Source: Macrostomum hystrix (lineage: Eukaryota > Animalia > Platyhelminthes). From it: 64,000 nt of DNA. The position numbers and the translations under genes were made by a program. The notes under the pieces were generated by a model. It saw only the letters and a program-made list of their open reading frames with translations, ran no database searches and was not told the origin of the DNA. Shown one piece after another: positions 26,785 through 39,700 of this stretch. Position 1 is the stretch's first letter. Every line of letters begins with the position of its first letter. The DNA is taken from NCBI GenBank assembly GCA_950097015.1, contig CATNEN010000039.1:682001-746000 (forward strand). Direction: 5' to 3'.

Positions 26785-27555
26785 CAGATTCTAGGTCTCG
26801 AGTTCCCTGATCACAACTGATTCACAAATGATCACAACAGAGTTCCCTGATGACAACCTGATTCTAGGTCTAGAGTTCCCTGATGACAACCTGATTCTAG
26901 GTCTAGAGTTCCCTGATTACAACCTGATTCTAGGTCTAGAGTTCCCTGATGACAACCTGATTCTAGGTCTAGAGTTCCCTGATGACAACCTGATTCTAGG
27001 TCTAGAGTTCCCTGATTACAACCTGATTCTAGGTCTAGAGTTCCCTGATTACAACCTGATTCTAGGTCTAGAGTTCCCTGATTACAACCTGATTCTAGGT
27101 CTAGAGTTCCCTGATTACAACCTGATTCTAGGTCTAGAGTTCCCTGATGACAACCTGATTCTAGGTCTAGAGTTCCCTGATGACAACCTGATTCTAGGTC
27201 TAGAGTTCCCTGATGACAACCTGATTCTAGGTCTAGAGTTCCCTGATGACAACCTGATTCTAGGTCTAGAGTTCCCTGATGACAACCTGATTCTAGGTCT
27301 AGAGTTCCCTGATGACGACCTGATTCTAGGTCTAGAGTTCCCTGATGACAACCTGATTCTAGGTCTAGAGTTCCCTGATGACAACCTGATTCTAGGTCTA
27401 GAGTTCCCTGATGACGACCTGATTCTAGGTCTAGAGTTCCCTGATGACGACCTGATTCTAGGTCTAGAGTTCCCTGATGACGACCTGATTCTAGGTCTAG
27501 AGTTCCCTGATGACGACCTGATTCTAGGTCTAGAGTTCCCTGATGAAAACCTGAG
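26785..27555. repeat. 33-bp minisatellite (gagttccctgatgacaacctgattctaggtcta) 3' of BOP1
   Basis: About 22 copies seen directly. Confidence 0.95.
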
Positions 27556-28249
27556 TCCAGTTTTAAGAGTTACCCAATACCTTTAGTTCTAGAGTTCGAA
27601 CTACCTTTGTGTGCATCGTGCAGCTTGAAGCATTTTGTTGAATCTGTTGAATGCTCGGGGTAATCACATTACCAATGCTTTTTTCTAGATTTGTGTTTGA
27701 AATTTGCGCGTTCTGTTCTCGGTTAACTGTTATCCGTGGTTATCTGCTGCTATCCGGCTTATCCACTGATGACAATCCTTCTGCGTTTTCCCGATGACCT
27801 AGAGAAACCCGTCTCATCCGTGAGTGCATTTCCAGGATTTGAGCGATGCAAACTCCCTTATCTTCTCAGTCCGCAATGCTTTTTTCATCGCCTGTTATTC
27901 ACTGTAAGTACACTGATGGACCGGACAGAAAGCTGAGACAGTACACGGTGACAGACGTCCTGGCCTGCTAAATGTGTTCTGGATAAATCCACGCGACTGC
28001 GTCTTCAGTTGTTGAAGCTTATTTTTCACTCGTATTATCCGCTCAGACACCTGCGTTCGACAGCACAGCCAATGATTTCACTTTCCCTACCTTCATTGAA
28101 GCTGCCCACTGCATAGCTGCTGGCTCCAGACTCCAGACTACTACTTTACTACCACTTCTCATTGCTCATTTAGAAATCCCAAAGTTTTCTACTGCCTGCT
28201 AATCTACCCAGTTCAATCTCAGTTGTCCATCAAGGCCAGTTAATATCCC

Positions 28250-28379
28250 TGATATCTCAATCTCATCTGATATCCAATCAATCTCAGCTGATATCAATTT
28301 AATCTCATCTGATATCCAATCAATCTCAGCTGATATCAATTTAATCTCATCTGATATCCAATCAATCTCAGCTGATATC
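28250..28379. repeat. 21-bp minisatellite, left part, interrupted by Gypsy
   Basis: Alternating atatccaatcaatctcagctg / atatcaatttaatctcatctg units. Confidence 0.9.
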
Positions 28380-31300
28380 TGTGAGAGCTCCGCTGCTTAA
28401 AAATACTATTACTTTTCATTTAGTGCAATACTGTACGCCTGAGCACGTTGTCAATTTATTACCTGCCTATCCTAGCCTGTATGTACATTGATACTGTTCA
28501 AATTATATATGTACATTGATGCCAACGTGCTGATAAATTAATATAAATGACCCGCGCTGCATGCAGGAAACCTTTCTGACAATTCAACTGCTGACTGATT
28601 CACTCAATTCCTCACAATGGCGTCGAGGCCATGTGGTCAGATTCCTGAGCTCTCAATCGACTCAGACTTAGAAATCTACGTGGAAAGAATGGAGCAATAC
28701 TTCATATGCAACAAGATCGAGACTTCCGAAGCCAAGCGTGCTACTTTTCTCATGGCTATCGGCGAGAAATACTACAAGCTGCTTCGAGATCTGTGCCAAC
28801 CGGAAAAGTTGACGGACCTATCCTACGAGGTGCTGCAAAAAACTCTCCAGAACCACTGCTCTCCAGCACCCTCAGAGCTTGTGGCACGTTTCAAGTTTCA
28901 ACGCTGACTCCAGCACGAGGAAGAGTCCTTTGCTGACTTCCTAGCAGGCTCAAGTCCGCATCAGCCCACTGCAAATTCGGCGCGTCTTTGGAAGAGCGAC
29001 TCCGAGATCAGTTTCTATTCGGCATGCAGAGCGACACCCTCCGCGCCGACCATTCGTACAGCGGAATGATTAAGCTGGCCACTGACCTCGAGTCGGCTCT
29101 CAAATACTCCAGCGAGATGGCGCGCCCTCCTGCCACCAACAGAGTCGCAACTTCGGGTTCGACTGGACCAGCTTGGAGACAACGTGTCGACAAGCAGGTC
29201 TCGCTTGGAGCTACATCATCCACTGCGGGCAGCTGTGATAGCTGCGGCGGCATTCATCCACGCCAGACCTGCAAGTTTCGCAACGCGAAATGCCATCGCT
29301 GTGGCAGAGTCGGTCATCTCAAAAAGGTCTGTCGGTCTCCAGAGTCCGTGAAGCTGCTCGACGAAGCCGAAGCTTCCGAAGCGGATAACGAAATTGAGCT
29401 GATTCACCACCTCTCAACGGCTTCGAAATCTCCGATCCTGGTGCCACTGCAGGTGGAGAAAGTGCTGACTCACTTCGAACTCGACACTGGCTCAGCCGTC
29501 AGTTTGGTTCCGAAAGCGTTCTACGAGGCACACCTGTCTCACCTACAGCTGCGCCCGTCCAGGTCAACTCTGCGCACCTACTCTGACCAGGAGTTCCGTC
29601 CAGTTGGCGAAGTGACGGTGAACATTGTTCATGTCGGTCAGTCCGCTTCGCTTCCGCTGCTCGTGGTCTCTGAAGGCAGCGCTCGACTCCTGGGCCGCGA
29701 CTGGATGGCGGTAATCCGGCTGGACTGGCCAGGGCTGACCGCCTCGGCAAACACGGTAGCTGCAAATCCCGATGACGTAGCTGCCGATCTAGTTCGTCAG
29801 TTTTCGGAGGTATTCGCCGAAGGCCTGGGCAAGTACCGCCTAGGAGAAGTCAGCCTGCATATTCAGGACAATGCCGCACCGCGATTGTACAAGGCTCGAC
29901 CCGTACCATACGCACAGCGTGAAAGCGTCGACCGCGAACTCCAGCGCATGGAGGCGGATGGTGTCATCACACCGATTGCTACCTCGGATTGGGCCGCACC
30001 CATCGTGCCGGTGATCAAGAAGGATGGCTCAGTTCGAATCTGCGGCGACTACAAGTGCACGTTCAACCAGGTTGCCAAACAGGAGCACTACCCGCTGCCG
30101 AGGATCGAGGATTTATTCGCCAGACTGGGTGGCGGTCACAAGTGGAGCAAGTTAGACCTAGCGAAGGCATTCTTGCAGCTGCCTATCTCCGAGGACAGCA
30201 AGCAGTACCTCGTCATCAACACGCAGCGCGGACTATTCAAGGTCAAGCGTCTACCATTTGGCATCAGCTCGGCGAGCGCGATTTTTCAGCGCGTCCTCGA
30301 CAGTATGCTCGGGCATCTTGACGGCGCTCAAGTATACCAAGACGATATCCTGGTGACTGGAGCTTCGCTGACAGCCCACAAGGCCAACCTGACCCAGGTT
30401 CTCCGAAAGCTGCAGGAGGCGGGCCTGCGGCTCAACGTCTCCAAGTGCGCATTCTTTCAAGATTCAATCGACTACCTGGGACATAGGATCGACCAGCATG
30501 GCCTCTGGCCTCTACAGAGCAAGGTCGAAGCCGTCCAAAAGGCGCCGGCTCAAAACGATGTGTCTCAATTGCGCTCCCACCTGGGCATGTTAACGAATTA
30601 CGCCAAGTTCTGCCAAATCTAGCCTCAGTCGTCGCACCCCTCAACCGCCTGCTGTCCAAGGGCACCACTTGGAATTGGGGCGCCACCGAAGACGCTGCCT
30701 TCCAAGCCTCCAAGCAGATGTTGCTCGAATACGAGGCCCTGATGCACTTTGACCCGGACCTGCCCATCAGGCTGGAGTGCGACGCATCGGCCTACGGCAT
30801 CGGGGTCATCCTCAGTCATCGCGTGGACGGCCGAGATCACGCAGTCGCGTTCGCGAGCAAGTCGTTGACGCCAGCACAACGCAACTACTCGCAGATTGAC
30901 AAAGAGGCTCTAGCCATCATCTATGGTGTCCATCGATTCCACCAGTTCCTATACGGCCGTCATTTCACAATCATCACGGATCATCAACCACTGCTGGGAC
31001 TGCTCGGCCCAGACAAGGAGATTCCGACCCGGGCGGCCGCCCGAATGCAGCGATGGGCCATTCGGCTCTCTGGCTTCCAGTACTCGATGGAGTTCAGACC
31101 TACAGAGAAGCATTCGAACTGCGACTCCCTGTCCCGTTTGCCTCTGCGCGGAACCTTCAACGAGGAGGAGGCAGTGCATTCGCTCCTGCTAGTGGAGGAC
31201 TCCAACGCCGCACTGACGGCTGCTGCGATTGCCAAAGCAACTCAGGCAGACCCTACAATGTCCAGGCTGCTGCGAGCTCTGCTGTCCGGCGAGAAGCTGC

Positions 31301-32556
31301 AAGGCACCGAGTTCCCGGACTTCGCTCAGCGACAGCACGAGTTGACGATCGAAGTCTGCTCTGGGGAGCTCGAGTGGTCATCCCTGAAGCGCTGCGCGAG
31401 TCTGTTTTACGCGAGTTGCACCTGTCGCACACAGGTGCTAATCGAATGAAGGACCTGGCACGCAGCTTCGTCTGGTGGCCGGGGCTCGACAAGGAGCTGG
31501 AGCAGCTGGCACGAACATGCGAAACCTGCAACATGCACAGCAAATGACCAGAGGTTCGACAGATGACTGACACCTCGGCCGGCAGCACCATCGCTCATCT
31601 GCGAGACGTCTTCAGCCACCTGGGCCTACCTCGCATACTAGTCTCCGATAACGGTCCACAGTTCTCGTCAAAGGAGTTCTCTGAATTCGCCAGCCGCAAC
31701 GGCATTCGACACATAACATCGGCGCCATACCATCCGGCAACCAACGGCCAAGCCGAGCGGTTCGTCCAGACGCTGAAGCTGCACATCAGAAAGTCCGGTC
31801 ACTCTGCTGCGGCGCTACAAAACTTCCTGTTCGCATACCGAATCACGCCGCATTCAACAACCGGCGTGTCTCCCAGCGAGCTGCTATTCGGGCGCCGGCT
31901 GCGCTCCAGGTTGAAACTCCAGTCCGCGGTGCTCAGCTCGTGCAGCCGCACCATCGATCGCGTCAGTGCAACCTGAGGTCGAGCCTGGAACAGACCGGGC
32001 GCCAGTGGTATCGAATGCGGCTAGCGGGATTTCGAATGCCCCGGACTCGGCGTCGGTGCCAACGACAGCGGCTGCTGAGCCACCGGGCAGCTCGGTGAGG
32101 CGCTACCCCGAGCGGATTCGAAATCGGCCTGACAGGTTGCAGCTTCAAGTTGACTGATCAATGATTTTGCGCTAGTGACTGACAATCAGAACCTTCATAT
32201 GTATTTCGCTGCTATTCTTTACTATTCGCTCATAATATTTTCTAATGCTGTTTGTAAATTCTTATTTCTATTGTTGCTTATATTTGCGTCAAACTCCCTT
32301 GAGGAAGAAAATGTGAGAGCTCCGCTGCTTAAAATATTATTACTTTTCATTTAGTGCAGTACTGTACGCCTGAGCACGTTGTCAATTTATTACCTGCCTA
32401 TCCTAGCCTGTATGTACATTGATACTGTTCAAATTATATATGTACATTGATGCCAACGTGCTGATAAATTAATATAAATGACCCGCGCTGCATGCGAGTG
32501 CGAGCGCCTACCTTTCTGACAATTCAACTGCTGACTGATTCACTCAATTCCTCACA
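28380..32556 (+). mobile_element. Defective two-LTR Ty3/Gypsy (Mag-like) retrotransposon
   Basis: LTRs at 28380-28616 and 32312-32556 (TG...CA). 5-bp TSD atatc. PBS-like tggcgtcgag, PPT gaggaagaaaa. Gag with two Zn knuckles, protease LDTGS, RT YQDD, RNase H CDASAYGIG, partial integrase. Contains stops, frameshifts and deletions. Confidence 0.96.
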
Positions 32557-32840
32557 ATATCCAGTCAATTTCATCTGATATCCAGTCAATCTCATCTGAT
32601 ATACAGTCAATCTCATCTGATATCCAGTCAATCTCATCTGATATCCAGTCAATCTCATCTGATATCCAGTCAATCTCATCTGATATCCAGTCAATCTCAT
32701 CTGATATCCAGTCAATCTCATCTGATATCCAGTCAATCTCATCTGATATCCAGTCAATCTCATCTGATATCCAGTCAATCTCATCTGATATCCAATCAAT
32801 CTCATCTGATATCCAATCAATCTCATCTGATATCCAGTCA
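32557..32840. repeat. 21-bp minisatellite (atatccagtcaatctcatctg), right part
   Basis: About 13 copies, in register with the TSD. Confidence 0.95.
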
Positions 32841-33772
32841 GTTACTGTACTCTGCTACCTAGAACACTATTCCAATCCGTGGCCCGCATTCCCACTCCTG
32901 CCAGCTTGCGCGCATTGCCTGGTCTCTTCCCTTCTCTCAGGCTAATCTGAGCCGTGCAGTCACGTTAACTGCGAATTCCCAAGCAGCTCAACTGGCCCCT
33001 AAAACTCACCGTTTGCGCTCGCAGCTTGGCCCTGGCTAACCCCGGGTCCGCATCCGCATCTGTCGCTTTGCCTTCCTTGCATGCCTCTATTTAAGCCCGC
33101 TGAGCAACCCCAGCCCGGACTTCAGTGTCCCCTTCTCTGCCTGCCAAATCCCCATTCCTCTCAATTCTACTCTCCCATCCCTGTCTGCTGCTGCTGCTGC
33201 TGCACTTTTCCTTCTGCGATCCGCGGGACCCAATGGGGACGGACTGGCGAGGCGATTAACTCAAACTCTGCCCCTCCCCCCGCTGTTCCGTCTCCCTCTT
33301 CACTCAGGTCACGCCACGTCTCGGCCGCCACCAATCCGGGCCGCGCCGATGCGGCCGTGATCTCGCTCTCGCTCTTTCGCCTTTGCTTTCGCGACTGCTC
33401 CGCGCGCCACTCGCCCTGCACCCGGCCTCTCCATCGCCCACCGCCACCGCTGTCATTTTCCTAGCTGCTATCCGCAACTCGCGATTCACCCGCTCTGCTG
33501 CGTCCTCCCCGCCTCCTTGCTATCTCCCCTCCGCTCCCTGCCTCCCCCTCCCTGTTCCCGGGCCGCGCAATAAAAAACGCACTCCCCAGCAATGTGGAGA
33601 ATGGAAAAGCAGGCAGCCGCGTGCAGCAGTCCCACCATTCAACTTTAGGCTCATCCCCCTGCGGCCCTTCTCCCCAGACTTCCTCGGGTGAAACTGACAA
33701 GACAGCCGCAGGCCTAGCTGGGTAGACCTCTCCGTTTGAGCTCAGTTGTAGGACTGGTCGATTTCCCTTGCA

Positions 33773-36700
33773 ATGGCCCAGCAATTGGCTCAGCAGCTGC
33801 TTGACGATAGCGATTCCTCCGGCAGGCAGGACAGGCGCCTGGCTCTGGTGCAGCACCTGCGAGCGGCTCTGACTGCTGAGCAGCTGAAGCAGCAGCAGCA
33901 GCCTCAACAACAACAGCAGCTGCTCCAGCTGCATATTCATCTGCAGCAGCAGCGCCAGTGCTCAGGTGTGCCGCTCGACAATGCCACAGCGCAGAACCTG
34001 CTGAGCTGGCTGGAGCGCCAGCTGCGGCAGCACCAGCAGCTGAGTGAGTACCGCACAGCCCTTCTGCAGCTGCTGCAGACTGTGCCCGGAGACTGCCTCG
34101 TCGCCTGCCGACTGTCACGTGGCCTCGCCCAACAGCTGCTGCTCTCCGCAGGCCTCACAAGTGCCGCTGCTGTTGCCGCCGCAGCCGCAGCGGCCGCCGC
34201 TACAGACGAGACACACCAGCGCGACGCCACGGCGAACGAGGCCGCGCAGATCAGCTTGACCTGCATCCTGAGCTTGCTGACCCATGTGAGTGCGGCTCCG
34301 TGCTTCTGGCTTCTGGAATGACTTCCACCCGCTCTGAGAATGACTTCCACCCGCTCTGAGAATGACTTCCACCCGCTCTGAGAATGACTTCCACTGAGTA
34401 CTGGGTGTGTAAATCTCCCCAACTGAGTACTGTGTTGTGTGAATCTCCCCAACTGAGTACTGTGTTGTGTGAATCTCCCCAACTGAGTACTGTGTTGTGT
34501 GAATCTCCCCAACTGAGTACTGTGTTGTGTGAATCTCCCCAACTGAGTACTGTGTTGTGTGAATCTCCCCAACTGAGTACTGGGGTGCGTGAATCTCCCC
34601 TACCGAGTACTGGGGTGTGTGAATCTCCCCAACTGAGTACTGGGATTTGTAAATTGTCTCCTATGTGTACTGGGTAGGCTAAATATCCCACTTTTAGTAC
34701 TTGGATGTTAAATTGTTCCTGAAGCCTTAGCCATCTAAGCTTCTATCATACTATTCGGTAATCTGAAGTGCTATTGATCGGTTATTGATAGCGGCTCCAG
34801 TCCGGAAGTTGTACATCGGTGTAATTTTTGGTTAGTGGAATGAAGCCATTCAATAATTATACACTTCTTCTCCTCTCTGCACTCCAGTTTAACCATCTTC
34901 ATTTCATTTTCCGCAGATGCCCCTGTCGGCCGCTGACGCCTTCTGCGCTGAAGGCGTCCTGCACGGCCTCATCGACCGGGTGCGCACCTTCCGCGATCCC
35001 TGCATCAGCTGGGACTTCAAGCTGGCGGACATCGAAGTGCTGGATCGAGTGCTGCGGGCCATGCCGTCCCTGGCACCCATGGTGAGCTGTTGGGTGTCTC
35101 ACGGCTGTTCCAGGGCTCAGCTGTTGGGTGTCTCACGGCTGTTCCAGGGCTCAGCTGTTGGGTGTCTCACGGCTGTTCCAGGGCTCAGCTGTTGGGTGTC
35201 TCACGGCTGTTCCAGGGCTCAGCTGTTGGGTGTCTCACGGCTGTTCCAGGGCTCAGCTGTTGGGTGTCTCACGGCTGTTCCAGGGCTCAGCTGTTGGGTG
35301 TCTCACGGCTGTTCCAGGGCTCAGCTGTTGGGTGTCTCACGGCTGTTCCAGGGCTCAGCTGTTGGGTGTCTCACGGCTGTTCCAGGGCTCAGCTGTTGGG
35401 TGTCTCACGGCTGTTCCAGGGCTCAGCTGTTGGGTGTCTCACGGCTGTTCCAGGGCTCAGCTGTTGGGTGTCCCAATGCTATTCCCTGGGCTCAGCTGTT
35501 CTCACTGCTGTTCCAGGGCCCAGCTGTTGGGTGTCCCACTGCTATTCCCTGGGCTCAGCTGGTGTCCCACTGCTATTCCCTGGGCTCAGCTTTTCTCATT
35601 GCTGTTCCAGGGCTCAGCTGTTGGGTGTCCCACTGCTATTCCCTGGGCTCAGCTGTTCTCACTGCTGTTCCAGGGCCCAGCTGTTGGGTGTCTCACTGCT
35701 GATCCAGAGCTCAGCTGTACTCACCAGGTCGTCTCATTGTGGAGGCGTGAACCCATCAATATTCCCGTCCAGTAGGGCTGGTTTTCGGCAAATTCCGTTT
35801 TCAAGGTCGGCGCTCTGCACAATGCCAGGCCGCGGCCTTCCTTCCCTTTATTTGTCAGCTTCTTTATGGAAGGTATCCGGAGTTTTCCATTCCTTCAACA
35901 CGCGGGCCATTGTGCATTACCAATCAAGCAGGCATGCGGTTGGCAGTCTAGCATTAATGCGATGAACTGTTGAAATTCCAGCTGTGTTATTAGCTCGCCT
36001 GCAGCTTTTATATTGTACTGATGCGCTGGAATCCACTCCGTACGGATGGCACAGCGGCAGCCTTTCGATCAATGCGCATGTGCTGTGAGATGGAGCCAAA
36101 GATTGAGCAGTGCATCTCCTTCCTCGAACAAATAGCCACGGTTTCGTGTCGTGTTGGGCCATTCCCAAGCCTGCGTCCTAAGACTGTACGCAGGCTTAGG
36201 AGTAGCTGCGGCTGCGCTGTGCATCTGGCCCAGCTAAGATGCCATGGACTGAACAGCTGTACGCAGGCTTAGGAGTAGCTGCGTGAAGTAGGACTGGCAG
36301 AACGAATTGGGGTTTCTTTAGAAAAAATCTGAATATTTATCGGTTCGGACAAATCAGTTCGGATTTGTCAGTTCACATAAATGGATTTTCGCTATTTTTT
36401 ATCTTTGGCCGCAGGTCTACCGCAATCTGGACGGCTTCGTCTACCTCATGGAGGTGCTCGACCTCATCATCAGCGACTGTCGCAGCCCCCGGCCTCTGAC
36501 GCCGCAGGAGCAGGCTCTGGTGTGCCTGGTGCTTCGCGTGCTGGCCTGCCTGGCTGGCAGCCACGACCGCGACAACCTCAGTCCGGACGAGGAGGCGCAC
36601 TATCTGCGACTGGTCTCGCTGGTGCACGACCTGCTGCTGCTGCCACCCGGCTCGGACCGGCGACCACTGCTCGAGGCCAGCCTGGAGGCGCTGCTGACCG

Positions 36701-39700
36701 TGCCGCTGGTCGCCTTCGAGGAGCTCACCACGCCGCTTGAAGGCCCGGTGGATTCAGCATGCCGGTTCGATGGCAAGAATCTGTCAGCTGTCAACTCCCT
36801 TGTGGATTTCCTGCGCCACTGCCTGCGCGAGGTGTCGCACGAGCTGCCGCCGACGGAGCTGCCGCTGCCTGCAGCCACCACCGCCAGCAGCGTCAGCGCC
36901 TGCCTCACCGTGCTCACCGAGGCCTCCATCTCCCAGCGCTCCGTGCGCCGCTTCCTCCGTTCGCTTATCCTGCCGAAGCATCCGCGCCCGACTGCCGCCC
37001 CGGCCGCAGCCGCCGCAGCCGGCGACATCGACACCGAGGACGAGTCGGTGACGGAGACCGAGGCCAACTGCCTCTTGTCCGACCTGTGCCGGCTTGTCAG
37101 CGGCGGCGGCCTCGAAGGCGTCTGCGGCGCCAGCGGCCACGGCCTTGGTGGCGGGCTGGCCAGGCAGGCGGGCCAGCTGCTGTTTGTGCTGTGCAAGGAG
37201 AGCGCGGCCAAGGTGGTGCGTCACACAGGTGAGAGTGATTTGCACTTTTGTAGCTCAAGGGTGAGCGGCAATTTAACTAAGGCTGCCCCCCACCTGCTAT
37301 CTGGGGTCTCCTTGCCCGAAGCCCAGCTTATCGCTTAGCACTTCTTGTTTGCTTTAACGAAGAAAAATATCTCGCCACAGTTCATCCGCCCACACCCGCT
37401 TCGCCTTCCTCGCCTCTTGCCCCCTCCGCCCGCGGCCCTCTAATTCCCAAGTGTAGGCGAGGCTGTGCGTGCGTGGGCAAATCTATATTTAGCTCTTATG
37501 GGCAATTTTTAGGACGAAGCTCACGTCACACGGCAGTCCTCATCTGCCCCTTCCGCACTCACACAAATCACCCCTTCACATACACTCAATCGCTCACTCA
37601 CTCACTCACTCACTCACATACACTCACTCACTCACTCACTCACTCACTCACTCACTCACACACACTCACTCACTCACTCACTCACTCACTCACTCACTCA
37701 CTCACTCACATACACTCACTCACTCACTCACTCACTCACTCACTCACTCACTCACTCACACACACTCACTCACTCACTCACTCACTCACATACACTCACT
37801 CACTCACTCACTCACTCACTCACTCACTCACTCACTCACACACACTCACTCACTCACTCACTCACTCACTCACTCACTCACTCACTCACATACACTCACT
37901 CACTCACTCACTCACTCACTCACTCACTCACTCACTCACACACACTCACTCACTCACTCACTCACTCACTCACTCACTCACTCACTCACATACACTCACT
38001 CACTCACTCACTCACTCACTCACTCACTCACTCACTCACTCACTCACTCACTCACTCACACACACTCACTCACTCACTCACTCACTCACTCACTCACTCA
38101 CTCACTCACTCACATACACTCACTCACTCACTCACTCATTCACTCACATACACTCACTCACTCACTCACTCACTCACTCACTCACTCACACACACTCACT
38201 CACTCACTCACTCACTCACACACACTCACTCACACACACTCACTCACTCACTCACTCACACACACTCACTCACTCACTCACTCACTCACTCACTCACACA
38301 CACTCACTCTCTCACTCACGCTGAGTTGAACTCCAGGAAGTTCGTTGGCAATAAGCGACATTTCAAAGGCCAGCCACCGGCTCTGACTGCTTGATTTTCC
38401 TATTCAGCCCCAGAGCTGTCCAGATCCCCTGCCCCCTGTGCCCGGAGGCGCAAAGTGCACTTTTATTAGCATAAATATGGCTCCAAAAATAGAACTCGCT
38501 GCGCAATAGTGAAGCCCCCGCCACCCCGGCCCTCTGGGGGCGGGCGAGCAACTTCACACGGCTCCGCTCTCTCGGAGGCTCTGCTTTTAACTTTCTATTT
38601 TTAGAATCCTCTGCCCCTTGTTCTTGTCCGTCCTCCAAAAGGAGAGAGGGAGAGGACGCAGAGTGGGGTCGGAGATGGGCGAAAAACAAGGAATCGATTC
38701 GGCTGGAGTTGATGAGGAACGGCCCGGACAGTCTCTAAGCGCGATGTCCGCCTCGACCCCGCCCCCGTACTGACTAGCGCAACGGGGCAGATCCGGGCCT
38801 TGGCCTGCCGCCCCCGCTCCACTCTCCTCTCCCGATATTATAAGCCGTACTTTTCTTTTCTCTCTTGCCGATTGATTTCCTTCCCTCCCGCTCCCGCTGA
38901 ACCACGTTCGGTCACGCTTCGGCTATGCGGACTCCGGCTCGCTTCCGATTGTTATTATTGCTCAGCTGCCTGTCATTGAATTCCCTCACAGCCAGCTTGG
39001 CTTGGCTGTGATAAGGCTGAAATATTACAGATGGTTCTCATCCACTCTGCTTCAGCTGCTCACTCCCTGCTCTGCTCTCCTGTTCTCATCCGCTCTGCTT
39101 CAGCTGCTCACTCCCTGCTCTGCTCTCCTGTTCTCATCCGCTCTGCTTCAGCTGCTCACTCCCTGCTCTGCTCTCCTGTTCTCATCCGCTCTGCTTCAGC
39201 TGCTCACTCCCTGCTCTGCTCTCCTGTTCTCATCCGCTCTGCTTCAGCTGCTCACTCCCTGCTCTGCTCTCCTGTTCTCATCCGCTCTGCTTCAGCTGCT
39301 AACTCCCTGCTCTGCTCTCCTGTTCTCATCCGCTCTGCTTCAGCTGCTCACTCCCTGCTCTGCTCTCCTGTTCTCATCCGCTCTGCTTCAGCTGCTAACT
39401 CCCTGCTCTGCTCTCCTGTTCTCATCCGCTCTGCTTCAGCTGCTAACTCCCTGCTCTGCTCTCCTGTTCTCATCCGCTCTGCTTCAGCTGCTAACTCCCT
39501 GCTCTGCTCTCCTGTTCTCATCCACCCGCTCTTTCTCTCCCTCAATGCCTACCTGCTTCTCTCCCTCAATGCCTACCCACTAATCTCCCTCAATGCCTAC
39601 CCACTTCTCTCCCTCATACCCACTCCCTCTCTCCCTCGCTACCCATCACAATTATCCCTTTCGCACACTTTCGTCTGAAGTTCCAAGTGTCAATCAATCA

